Shown one piece after another: positions 9,601-18,013 of a DNA stretch of 64,000 bases. Positions within the stretch are counted from its first letter, which is position 1, and every line of letters starts with the position of its first letter. Location: the NCBI GenBank assembly GCA_052387815.1, contig JBQTIU010000049.1:1670-65669 (forward strand), in the 5' to 3' direction. The notes under the pieces are model-generated. The model worked only from the letters and a program-made list of their open reading frames with translations, was not told where the DNA came from and did no database searches. Made by a program: the position numbers and the translations under genes. Source of the stretch: Pseudomonadota bacterium (GTDB lineage: Bacteria > Pseudomonadota > Alphaproteobacteria > CACIAM-22H2).

Positions 9601-10835
9601 CGCGAAGACCCGCGGTCGTCAACCGCCCCCGGGAGTTTTTCGAACAGATCGTCTTCCTTGATCTGCAAGTCCAGCTTCGCGGAGTCGGGTGCGAGCCGGT
9701 CCTTGCGGAGCAGGTCTCCCGCGGTGTGGAGCTGGTCCTGGACCGCCCTCTTCGCCGCCTTGTCGATCGGCGCGATCTCGGTTTCGCCATCCATGCCGCG
9801 CACGGCGATCAGGCTCGCGGCATCGATCGCCGAATGGTCGAGCAAGTCCGGGCTGTGGGTCGCCGCGATCACCTGCTCGTGCCTCGAAGCCTCCAGAAGC
9901 GCGTCCATGACAATGCTCGCGGCGCCGGGATGGATTGTGGCCTCTGGCTCCTCGATGGCGACCAACGCGGCAGGCCCGGCCTCCCCGCCCCGCCCCTGGA
10001 ACAAGGCGGCCAGCACGCCCAGCGATCTCAAGGTGCCATCGGACATGGCGCTGGCGTAAAAGCGCCATGCCTGCCTGGTTTTCTCGACCTTTTGCCGGAA
10101 CTCGAGCGTTTCCCTGGGCCCCAGGTCCTTGTAGTCGACGGCTTCGATGCCGGGCACGATGCGGCGCAGATAGTCCTTGATGCGCGCGAAGGCGGCCGGC
10201 CGCTCGGTCCGCAGTCGCCGCAGCACGGCGGCGACATTGGCGCCATCCGGCCGCAGGCTTTGCCCCGTGTCGTGCGGCTGCGGCTCGCGGATGGCGACCG
10301 GATTGATGTTATAAAAACCCATCGTCGACAAGGCATCGAACAAGCGCCGGAACGTGGAATCGCCGGAGGCGGCGGTCAAGAACAGGCGGTTGGCGACCGT
10401 CGCCGGCGGCTGTTTCAGATGCTCGCTGGCCGCAACCACCTTGCCGCGCCGCACCTTGTAAAAGGCCGGCTCCAGGCCGCCGTTCGACACCGAGGCCTGT
10501 TCCTGCTGAACTTCGAAGCCGCCGTTCGGAAGTGCGCCCACTTGGAAGGCGAACGCGCCGTTGATCCCACTCGCCAAATCGGTGCGCAAGGAAATCGCGA
10601 AATGGGTCGGGTGCCCGCCCGAGCGCCGGCGCACTTCTCCGATGCCGCCGCGCTGCCTGAACGCATGGTCCAAGGTCGCGTTCAAGGCGTCGCCCACCAG
10701 CCGCAGCGCATCGATGAAATTGCTTTTTCCGGCGCCGTTCGGACCGACCAGGATCGACAGCGGGCCCAAGTCGATCTTGCAGTGCCCGATGCTCTTGTAG
10801 TTCCGCAGAACGACACGTCGAAGCAGGATCGGCAT
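9552..10835 (-). CDS. ABC-type (AAA15/AAA21-like, SMC/RecF/OLD-N-terminal-like) ATPase, orphan
   Basis: 427 aa. N-terminus LRNYKSIGHCKIDLGPLSILVGPNGAGKSNFIDAL (Walker A). LVAIEEPEATIHP (Walker B/D-loop). IAATHSPDLL (H-loop). No nuclease or Toprim partner is adjacent. Its 3' end overlaps the dctM 3' end by 49 nt (convergent). Confidence 0.75.
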   Translation of the reverse strand: MPILLRRVVLRNYKSIGHCKIDLGPLSILVGPNGAGKSNFIDALRLVGDALNATLDHAFRQRGGIGEVRRRSGGHPTHFAISLRTDLASGINGAFAFQVGALPNGGFEVQQEQASVSNGGLEPAFYKVRRGKVVAASEHLKQPPATVANRLFLTAASGDSTFRRLFDALSTMGFYNINPVAIREPQPHDTGQSLRPDGANVAAVLRRLRTERPAAFARIKDYLRRIVPGIEAVDYKDLGPRETLEFRQKVEKTRQAWRFYASAMSDGTLRSLGVLAALFQGRGGEAGPAALVAIEEPEATIHPGAASIVMDALLEASRHEQVIAATHSPDLLDHSAIDAASLIAVRGMDGETEIAPIDKAAKRAVQDQLHTAGDLLRKDRLAPDSAKLDLQIKEDDLFEKLPGAVDDRGSSRQPRSRRGRIVDISGT

Positions 10836-10856
10836 CGGGGCCCGCCCGCGCCACCG

Positions 10857-11726
10857 CTAATCGTTCACCACGAGACGCATCAGGCTCGAGGTGTCCCAGC
10901 GCCCGCCGCCCAGCCCCTGCACCTGGGCGTAGAACTGGTCGATGAGCGCGGTCACCGGCAGGCGGGCCTTGTTGCGCCTGGCTTCGGTGAGACACATATC
11001 GAGATCCTTGCGCATCCAGTCGACCGCAAAGCCGAAATCGTATTTGCCGGCGACCATCGTCCTGGCGCGGTTATCCATCTGCCAGGACTGCGCCGCCCCC
11101 TTGGCGATCACCGCCAGGACCTTGTCCGGGTCGAGCCCCGCCTTGAGCGCGAAATTGAGGCCCTCGGCCAGACCCTGGACGAGGCCGGCGATGCAGATCT
11201 GATTGACCATCTTGGTGAGCTGGCCGGCGCCGGCCGGGCCGATGCGGGCCGCCGCCTTGGCATAGACCGCGATGACCGGCTCGGCGCGAGCGAAGGTCGC
11301 GGGCTCGCCGCCGACCATGATCGATAGCTGCCCCGTCTGCGCGCCGGCCTGGCCGCCCGATACCGGCGCATCGAGGAACCCGAGACCCCGTTTCCTCGCC
11401 TCGGCCTCAAGCTCGCGGGCGACCTTGGCCGAGGCGGTCGTGTGGTCGACGAAGATCGCGCCTTTGTCCATGCCGGCGAACGCGCCCGCCTCGCCGAGCA
11501 CCACCGCGCGCAGATCCTCGTCATTGCCCACGCAGGCGAACACGAACTCGGCGCCGGCGGCCGCGGCGGCCGGGGACGAGGCATGGCGGCCACCGTGCTT
11601 GGTCACCCAATCGGCGGCCTTTTTTGCGGTGCGGTTATAGACCGTGACGTCGTGGCTGGCGGCGGCCAAGTGGCCGGCCATCGGAAACCCCATCACCCCC
11701 AGTCCCAAGAACGCGACTTTGGCCAT
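10857..11726 (-). CDS. NAD(P)-dependent oxidoreductase, 3-hydroxyisobutyrate/beta-hydroxyacid dehydrogenase family
   Basis: MAKVAFLGLGVMGFPMAGHL (Rossmann), DAPVSGG, and a 6PGD-like C-terminal domain. Confidence 0.85.
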   Translation of the reverse strand: MAKVAFLGLGVMGFPMAGHLAAASHDVTVYNRTAKKAADWVTKHGGRHASSPAAAAAGAEFVFACVGNDEDLRAVVLGEAGAFAGMDKGAIFVDHTTASAKVARELEAEARKRGLGFLDAPVSGGQAGAQTGQLSIMVGGEPATFARAEPVIAVYAKAAARIGPAGAGQLTKMVNQICIAGLVQGLAEGLNFALKAGLDPDKVLAVIAKGAAQSWQMDNRARTMVAGKYDFGFAVDWMRKDLDMCLTEARRNKARLPVTALIDQFYAQVQGLGGGRWDTSSLMRLVVND

Positions 11727-11843
11727 ATCTCATGCACTCCCGCCGGTCGTCCGAAGCCGGCGCGATGATAACTTCCGAGCCGGGCGCCAGCAACGAATAC
11801 GATCGGCTTTCAGCCGACCGCGAACGACCGCCCGCGTCGGCGG

Positions 11844-11873
11844 AAAAAAAGGGGCGGGTCAGTGACCCGCCCC
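11844..11873 (-). terminator. Rho-independent terminator downstream of groES
   Basis: The minus strand reads GGGGCGGGTCACTGACCCGCCCC followed by TTTTTTT: a 9-10 bp GC stem plus T7, 62 nt after the groES stop. Confidence 0.8.
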
Positions 11874-11934
11874 GTCGGCCGAGATCGCGCCAAGCCGCGC
11901 GACCGTTTGGTCGGTTTCGCGTCTCGCGATAGCG

Positions 11935-12222
11935 TCAGGCGATGACGCCCATGATGTCGGATTCCTTCATGATCAGAAGATCATTGCCGTCGATCTTGAC
12001 CTCGGTGCCCGACCACTTGCCGTAGAGGATCTTGTCGCCGACCTTGACCCCCATCGGCTGCAGCTTGCCGTCCTCGCCGCGGGCGCCGGGGCCCACCGCG
12101 ATGATCTTGCCTTCCATCGGCTTTTCCTTGGCGGTGTCGGGAATGATGATCCCGCCCTTGGTCTTTTCCTCGACATCGAGGGCCTCGACGACCACGCGGT
12201 CGTGCAATGGACGAATCTTCAT
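11935..12222 (-). CDS. groES: co-chaperonin GroES (no adjacent groEL)
   Basis: [46 protein letters not shown]... 95 aa, canonical GroES. The downstream DNA is a terminator followed by an unrelated oxidoreductase. Confidence 0.95.
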   Translation of the reverse strand: MKIRPLHDRVVVEALDVEEKTKGGIIIPDTAKEKPMEGKIIAVGPGARGEDGKLQPMGVKVGDKILYGKWSGTEVKIDGNDLLIMKESDIMGVIA

Positions 12223-12279
12223 CCGTATCTCCCTGGGAACGGCGAGTGCCGTTCGCACTCTCTAGGGTGAAGGCCAGTC

Positions 12280-12307
12280 GTTTAACGGCCCCTGCCGCGG
12301 CTGTCAA
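12280..12307 (-). promoter_or_regulatory. putative sigma70-type promoter of groES
   Basis: On the minus strand: TTGACA (12307-12302), 16-nt spacer, TTAAAC (12285-12280). The -35 is perfect and the -10 is weak. Read by eye only. Confidence 0.25.
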
Positions 12308-12428
12308 CAGCAATGCGCGACTTCACACAAGCGATCGGCAATGAGGCGGTCTCGAGATCGCCGCCGGCCAGGGATGGCCCGGTTGCGGCCGCCCCTCAAG
12401 GCCGATTTTCCGGCCGCACAGCCGAAGG

Positions 12429-13754
12429 TCAACCCCCGGCCGGCGCGGAATTCCGGCGATGCTCGAAGCGCGCGCGCTCGGCCGGGTCGAGGCTGATCGT
12501 AAGCCGCGTCTGCCCGTCCGCTTCGGCGCGGGCCAGCACCTGGCCATGGGCATAGAGCCAGGCGATTGCCGCCCCGTCGCTGCTGGCGAGCGAAACTTCG
12601 ACCGTTTCACGCGCCCCCGCAAGCCGGTCGTCCAAGAGCCGCAGAAGCCGCTCGCACCCGTCGCCGTTGAGCGCGGAAACGGGCACCGCGTGCCCGTTGC
12701 GGGCCGCCTGGTTGAGGACGACCTCGCGCCGTTCCGGGTCCAACAGGTCGGTCTTGTTGAGGACCTCGACCAGGCCGCGCTCGACCGCCTCGCCGAGATC
12801 GAGCTCCTCGAGCACGCGATGGACATCCTCGCGCTGCGCCTCGGTCTCGGGATGGGCGATGTCGCGGACATGGACCACGAGGTCGGCGGCGCGCACCTCT
12901 TCGAGCGTGGCGCGGAACGCCGCCACGAGATCGGTCGGCAGGTCGGCGATGAATCCCACCGTGTCGGACAGGATGGCCCTGCGCCCCGAGGGCAGGGCGA
13001 GCACGCGCATCGTCGGGTCGAGGGTGGCGAACAGCATGTCCGCGGCCCTCACCCGGGCCCCGACCAAGCGGTTGAACAGCGTCGATTTGCCGGCATTCGT
13101 ATAGCCCACGAGCGCGACCACGGGATACGGCACGCGTCGGCGCGCCCGGCGGTGGAGTCCGCGTGTGCGCTTGACGCCCCCGAGTTCGACTTTGAGCTTG
13201 GCGATGCGATCGCCGATGATGCGGCGGTCCGATTCGAGCTGGGTCTCGCCGGGTCCGGCGAGGAAGCCGAATCCGCCGCGCTGGCGCTCGAGGTGCGTCC
13301 AGGTGCGCACGAGCCGGCTGCGCTGGTAGGTGAGTTGGGCGAGCTCGACCTGCAGCCGGCCTTCCGCGGTCCGTGCCCGGGCGCCGAAGATCTCCAGGAT
13401 CAAGCCGGTGCGGTCGATCACCTTGCATTTCCAGGCGCGCTCGAGGTTGCGCTGCTGAACCGGCGACAACGCGCCGTCGATCACCGCCACCTCGATCCCC
13501 AGCCCGGCGACCGCCGCCCCCAGGCGTTCGACCACGCCCTGCCCCAACAGGGTCGCCGGCCGAAACGCCGCACGCCGCACCACCTCGGCATGCACGACCT
13601 CGATGTCGATGGCGCGCACCAGCCCGACCGCCTCGGCGAGCTGCGCCGAGGGCGGACGGGCGGTGCCGCGAGCCGACCTCAGCGCCGGATGAACGACGAG
13701 TGCGCGCCCGCTGCCGTTGCCGGTCGCGGTGGGCCCCGACCGACGCCCGCTCAC
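12429..13754 (-). CDS. hflX: GTPase HflX
   Basis: HflX N-domain (GARARTAEGRLQVELAQLTYQ) and G-domain (LVGYTNAGKSTLFN, DTVGF, NKTD). Start is uncertain: GTG 13754 just after the hfq stop is chosen, and the ORF continues upstream to 13862 overlapping hfq. Confidence 0.9.
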   Translation of the reverse strand: MSGRRSGPTATGNGSGRALVVHPALRSARGTARPPSAQLAEAVGLVRAIDIEVVHAEVVRRAAFRPATLLGQGVVERLGAAVAGLGIEVAVIDGALSPVQQRNLERAWKCKVIDRTGLILEIFGARARTAEGRLQVELAQLTYQRSRLVRTWTHLERQRGGFGFLAGPGETQLESDRRIIGDRIAKLKVELGGVKRTRGLHRRARRRVPYPVVALVGYTNAGKSTLFNRLVGARVRAADMLFATLDPTMRVLALPSGRRAILSDTVGFIADLPTDLVAAFRATLEEVRAADLVVHVRDIAHPETEAQREDVHRVLEELDLGEAVERGLVEVLNKTDLLDPERREVVLNQAARNGHAVPVSALNGDGCERLLRLLDDRLAGARETVEVSLASSDGAAIAWLYAHGQVLARAEADGQTRLTISLDPAERARFEHRRNSAPAGG

Positions 13755-13755
13755 C

Positions 13756-14013
13756 TCACCCTCGCCCTTCGGCGCCTTCCTTGTCGCCTTCGAAGAGCTG
13801 GATCGGAGCGGTCGGCATGACCGTCGAGATGGCGTGTTTGTACACGAGCTGCGAGTGGCCATCGCGGCGCAGCAGGATCGAGAAATTGTCGAACCAGGTG
13901 ATAATCCCCTGGAGCTTGACGCCGTTGACGAGAAAGATGGTCACTGGGCTTTTGTTCTTGCGGATGTAGTTGAGGAAGACGTCCTGCACGTTTTGGGGCT
14001 TTTCGTTGGTCAT
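13756..14013 (-). CDS. hfq: RNA chaperone Hfq
   Basis: [77 protein letters not shown] 9 nt upstream of ATG 14013. An alternative ATG lies at 14019. Confidence 0.95.
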   Translation of the reverse strand: MTNEKPQNVQDVFLNYIRKNKSPVTIFLVNGVKLQGIITWFDNFSILLRRDGHSQLVYKHAISTVMPTAPIQLFEGDKEGAEGRG

Positions 14014-14298
14014 CGGCATGCTTCCCTTTATCGGTATTATTGGAGCCGAATGTTCGGCCCTGGACTGCCCGGTGGCCGGGTCGCTCATCGACAGGCGCCC
14101 AGCCGCCAAATCGCACATCGAATAGATAGGTCGTTCGGGGATAGTTTACAGGCCCTGCGGGAAGGCGGCGAGCCCGGTCAGATCCGGGACTCAGGAGCGC
14201 AGGGCAACGCATTGAAATTCCTAGATGTCCGTCCCTTCCGCCGGCGCGGGCCCGCGGCCCGAGAGCGGGCGGGTTCGGGCCACCCCGCACGCCATCGA

Positions 14299-15183
14299 TC
14301 ATGGCGCCCCCCCGGCGCCCGCAGTGGGCGCGCGAGGACCGGCCATGTAATCGAGGTAGAGGTCGCGCAGCCGGCGGGCCAGCGACCCCGCTCGCCCATT
14401 GCCGATCGCGTGGTCGTCGATCCGGGTCACCGCCAAAACGCGGGCCGTCGTGCCGGTGAGGAAGGCCTCGCGCGCCGCCTTCGCCTCATCGAGCGAGAAC
14501 GGCCGCTCGACGACGCCGAGCCCGTGGGCGCGCGCGAGTTCGATCACGCGCATGCGGGTGATGCCGCCGAGGATCGCGGGCCCGAGCGGATGGGTCACCA
14601 GCTCGCCGTCCCGGGTCACGATCCAGGCATTGTTCGAGGCCCCTTCGGTCACCGTCCCGTCGGGGCGCACGAACCAGGCCTCGAAGGCGCCGGCCTCCCG
14701 CGCCGCCTGCTTCGCCAGCACGTTGGGGAGGAGCGCGACCGATTTGATATCGCAGCGGCCCCAGCGGAGGTCGGGGACGCTCAACACCGTAACGCCGTCC
14801 TCGACCAAGCTCGCGGCCTGCCGCCGATCGCGCCGCGCGGTCATGACCACCGATGTCCGGCTCAGCGCGGGAAACGAGTGCTCGCGGGGCGCCACGCCGC
14901 GGGTCATCTGCATATAGAGGATGCCATCGACGACGCCATTGCGGCGGACGACCTCGCGCGTGATCTGGGCCAGGGACCGGCGCGACATCGCCGGCGCGAT
15001 TCTGAGCTCGCGCAAGTTGTGGGCGAGCCGGTCGAGATGCGGCCCCTCGTCGACGAAGCGCCCGTTGGCGAGGGCGATGACCTCATAGACGCCGTCGGCG
15101 AACTGGTAGCCGCGGTCCTCGATGTGCGCCGCCGCCTCGCGGTGGAGCACATAGCGGCCGTTGACAAAGGCGATCCGGGACAT
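14299..15183 (-). CDS. dat: D-amino-acid / class IV aminotransferase
   Basis: MSRIAFVNGRYV...EDRGYQFADGVYEVI...ILYMQMTRG. Fold-type IV PLP enzyme of typical length. Confidence 0.8.
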   Translation of the reverse strand: MSRIAFVNGRYVLHREAAAHIEDRGYQFADGVYEVIALANGRFVDEGPHLDRLAHNLRELRIAPAMSRRSLAQITREVVRRNGVVDGILYMQMTRGVAPREHSFPALSRTSVVMTARRDRRQAASLVEDGVTVLSVPDLRWGRCDIKSVALLPNVLAKQAAREAGAFEAWFVRPDGTVTEGASNNAWIVTRDGELVTHPLGPAILGGITRMRVIELARAHGLGVVERPFSLDEAKAAREAFLTGTTARVLAVTRIDDHAIGNGRAGSLARRLRDLYLDYMAGPRAPTAGAGGAP

Positions 15184-15219
15184 GGGCCTCGCTGATGGCG
15201 GCCGAAACGGCGGGCGGTC

Positions 15220-16596
15220 TCAGAAATACTCCAACCGGACTGCGAACATTTTCTCGACCGATTTCACGGCCTCGGAGGTGGCGAGCAGGATCACCCGGTC
15301 GCCGGCGCGCGCCACCGTATCGCCACGCGGGATGATGACCTTATCGCCCCGCACCAGCGCGCCCAGGATCACGCCATCCGGAAGCCCCGCCTCGCGGAGC
15401 GGCTTGTCGACCAGGCTCGAGGTCTCGAGCGCGTCGGCCTCGATGATCTCCCCGAACCCCTCGCGCAGGGTGTGGACGGCGCGGATGCGGCCGCGGCGGA
15501 CTTGCTGCAGGATGGTCGAGACGGTGATCGAGCGCGGGCTCACCACGACATCGATGCCGAACGAGGCGACGAGGCCCGAATAGGTGATCTTGTTGACCAG
15601 CGTCACCGCCCGTTTGCAGCCGGCGCGCTTGGCGAGCAGCGAGGCGAGGATGTTGGTTTCGTCGTCGTTGGTGACCGCGACCACCGTTTCGGTGTCACGG
15701 ATGTGCGCCTCTTCCAGCGTGTCGGGGTCGAGCGCATCGCCGTTGAGGACCAGGGTGCGAACCAGGCGGTCGGCGACCAACTCGGCCCGGGTCTTGTTGA
15801 ACTCGATGATCTTGGCCGAGACGCCGGTGCCCTTGGCCTCGAGCGCCTGGGCGAGGAACAAGCCGACATTGCCGCCGCCCAGGATCACCACCCGCCGGTG
15901 CGCGGCCTCGTCGTGGCCGAACCCCGACAGCACCCGGCTCACGTGCCCGGTCTCGGCGACGAAATAAACCTCGTCGCCCGCCAACAGCGAATCATCGCTC
16001 GTGGGGACGAAGGCGCGCAGGCCCCGCACGATGCCGACCACGACTGTGTGGAGGTCGGGGAACAGGGCGGAGAGCTGGCGGAGCTGCGTGTTGACGATCG
16101 GGCAGTCGGGGTCGCAGCGCACGCCGATCAGGCGCACGCGGTCCCCGGCCAGCGGGATCATATCGAAGGCGCCGGGAACCTCGAGGCGCCGGCCGATCGC
16201 GCGCGCCACCTCGATCTCCGGCGAAATGATGACGTCGATCGGCAGTTGGTCGCGGTGGAACAGGTTGGCCCAAGCCGGATCGAGATAGCTCTGATTGCGG
16301 ATGCGCGCGATCTTGGTCGGCACCTCGAACAGCGCATGCGCGACCTGGCAGGCCACCATGTTGACCTCGTCGGCGATGGTGACCGCGATCAGGAGCTCGG
16401 CGTTCCCGGCCCCCGCCCGTTCGAGCACATCGGGATACGAGGCGTGGCCGACCACGCCATTGACGTCGATGGCATTGGTGGCCTTCGCGACCAGGTCCTC
16501 CTTCTGGTCGATGATCGTGACGTCGTTGCCCTCGGCCGCCAGCGTGCGGGCGATATGATAGCCGACCTGGCCGGCGCCGCAGACGATGACGCGCAC
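15220..16596 (-). CDS. trkA: Trk system potassium uptake protein TrkA
   Basis: Two RCK/NAD-binding repeats (VIVCGAGQVGYHIA and VVILGGGNVGLFLA). A GTG start at 16596 gives the canonical 458 aa without overlapping ntrX. Confidence 0.9.
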   Translation of the reverse strand: MRVIVCGAGQVGYHIARTLAAEGNDVTIIDQKEDLVAKATNAIDVNGVVGHASYPDVLERAGAGNAELLIAVTIADEVNMVACQVAHALFEVPTKIARIRNQSYLDPAWANLFHRDQLPIDVIISPEIEVARAIGRRLEVPGAFDMIPLAGDRVRLIGVRCDPDCPIVNTQLRQLSALFPDLHTVVVGIVRGLRAFVPTSDDSLLAGDEVYFVAETGHVSRVLSGFGHDEAAHRRVVILGGGNVGLFLAQALEAKGTGVSAKIIEFNKTRAELVADRLVRTLVLNGDALDPDTLEEAHIRDTETVVAVTNDDETNILASLLAKRAGCKRAVTLVNKITYSGLVASFGIDVVVSPRSITVSTILQQVRRGRIRAVHTLREGFGEIIEADALETSSLVDKPLREAGLPDGVILGALVRGDKVIIPRGDTVARAGDRVILLATSEAVKSVEKMFAVRLEYF

Positions 16597-16606
16597 GGGT
16601 GTGGGA

Positions 16607-18013
16607 TCAGGAATCGAGCATGGACGAGCGTTCGCCGCCATGCACGCCCAAGGATTTGAGCTTGCGGTGCAGCGCCGAGCGTTCCATGCCGACGAAGGCG
16701 GCGGTGCGCGAGATATTGCCGCCGAACCGGGTCACCTGGGCGAGCAGGTACTGGCGCTCGAACAGTTCGCGCGCCTCGCGCAAGGGCAGCGCCATGATCT
16801 GCGCGCTGTTGTCGCCCTTGAGGGTCGCGGGCATGATCGTCCCCACTTCCGGCGGCAGCATGTCGGCGCGGATCGGGGCCGCGGGGTCGCCGGGCGCCAT
16901 GATCAACAGCCATTCGACGACGTTGCGCAGCTGGCGCACATTGCCCGGCCAGTCGTAGGCCTGGAGCGCCGCCAGCGCATCGACCCCGATCTCGCGGGCC
17001 ACGATCCCCGCGGCGGTGGCGGCGCGGTTCATGAAGTGGTTGGCGAGCAACGGGATATCCTCGCGCCGCTCGCGCAAGGGGGGAACCCGGATCGGCACCA
17101 CGTTCAAGCGGTAGAACAAATCCTCGCGGAACCGGCCGTGGGCGATCTCGTGGGCGAGATCGCGGTTGGTGGAGCCGATCACCCGCACATCGACCGCCAC
17201 CGGCGAGCGGCCGCCGACGCGCTCGAAGGTCTGCTCCTGGAGGACGCGCACGATCTTGCTCTGGGTCTCGAGCGGCATGTCGGCGACCTCGTCGAGGAAC
17301 AAGGTGCCGTTATGCGCCTGCTCGAAGGTGCCGACCTTGGGTAGGCTGTCGAGGCCCTCCGCGCCTGCCTCGATGCCGAACAGCTCCATCTCCATCCGAT
17401 CGGGTCGCATGCTCGCGCAACTGAGCACCACGAAGGCCCCGCCGGCCCGGCGCGAGCGCGCATGAATGAGACGGGCCGCCACCTCCTTGCCGACCCCGGC
17501 CGAACCGGCGATCAGGACGCGGCTGCCGGTCGGCGCCACGCGCTCGATGGCGTTGCGCAGCGCCACGACGTTGGGCGCAGCGCCGACCAGCTCGGTCGGC
17601 CCGCCGGCGCGCAACCGGAGCTCCTCGTTCTCGCGCTTGAGCCGCATCGCCTCGATCGCCCGTTCGACGACCAGGAGCAGCCGGTCGGCCTTGAACGGCT
17701 TTTCGATGAAGTCGTAGGCCCCGCGCTTGATCGCCGCGACCGCGGTCTCGATGTTGCCATGGCCGCTGATCACCACGACCGGCAGGTCGGGATGCTCGTT
17801 GCGCACCACGTCCAAAAGCTCGAGCCCGTCGAGTTGGCTGCCCTGGAGCCAGATGTCGAGCACCACGAGGCTCGGGCGGCGGGTGCGGATCTCCGCGAGC
17901 GCGGCGGTCGAATTGGCGGCGGCGCGCGTCTGGTGTCCGTCGTCATCGAGGATGCCGCCGATCAGCATCCGGATATCGGCCTCGTCGTCAACGATCAGAA
18001 TGTCATAAGCCAT
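16607..18013 (-). CDS. ntrX: sigma54-type response regulator NtrX
   Basis: MAYDILIVDDEADIRMLIGG (receiver), AAA+ sigma54-interaction domain (GSAGVGKEVAARLIH), C-terminal Fis-type HTH. Confidence 0.9.
   Translation of the reverse strand: MAYDILIVDDEADIRMLIGGILDDDGHQTRAAANSTAALAEIRTRRPSLVVLDIWLQGSQLDGLELLDVVRNEHPDLPVVVISGHGNIETAVAAIKRGAYDFIEKPFKADRLLLVVERAIEAMRLKRENEELRLRAGGPTELVGAAPNVVALRNAIERVAPTGSRVLIAGSAGVGKEVAARLIHARSRRAGGAFVVLSCASMRPDRMEMELFGIEAGAEGLDSLPKVGTFEQAHNGTLFLDEVADMPLETQSKIVRVLQEQTFERVGGRSPVAVDVRVIGSTNRDLAHEIAHGRFREDLFYRLNVVPIRVPPLRERREDIPLLANHFMNRAATAAGIVAREIGVDALAALQAYDWPGNVRQLRNVVEWLLIMAPGDPAAPIRADMLPPEVGTIMPATLKGDNSAQIMALPLREARELFERQYLLAQVTRFGGNISRTAAFVGMERSALHRKLKSLGVHGGERSSMLDS

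Noticed and set aside
12244-12260. Possible CIRCE (HrcA) operator in the groES leader.
   Set aside because: It contains the CIRCE hexamers, but as GAGTGC-N5-GCACTC rather than TTAGCACTC-N9-GAGTGCTAA. Order, spacing and flanks do not match. It is kept only as a hairpin within the groES finding.
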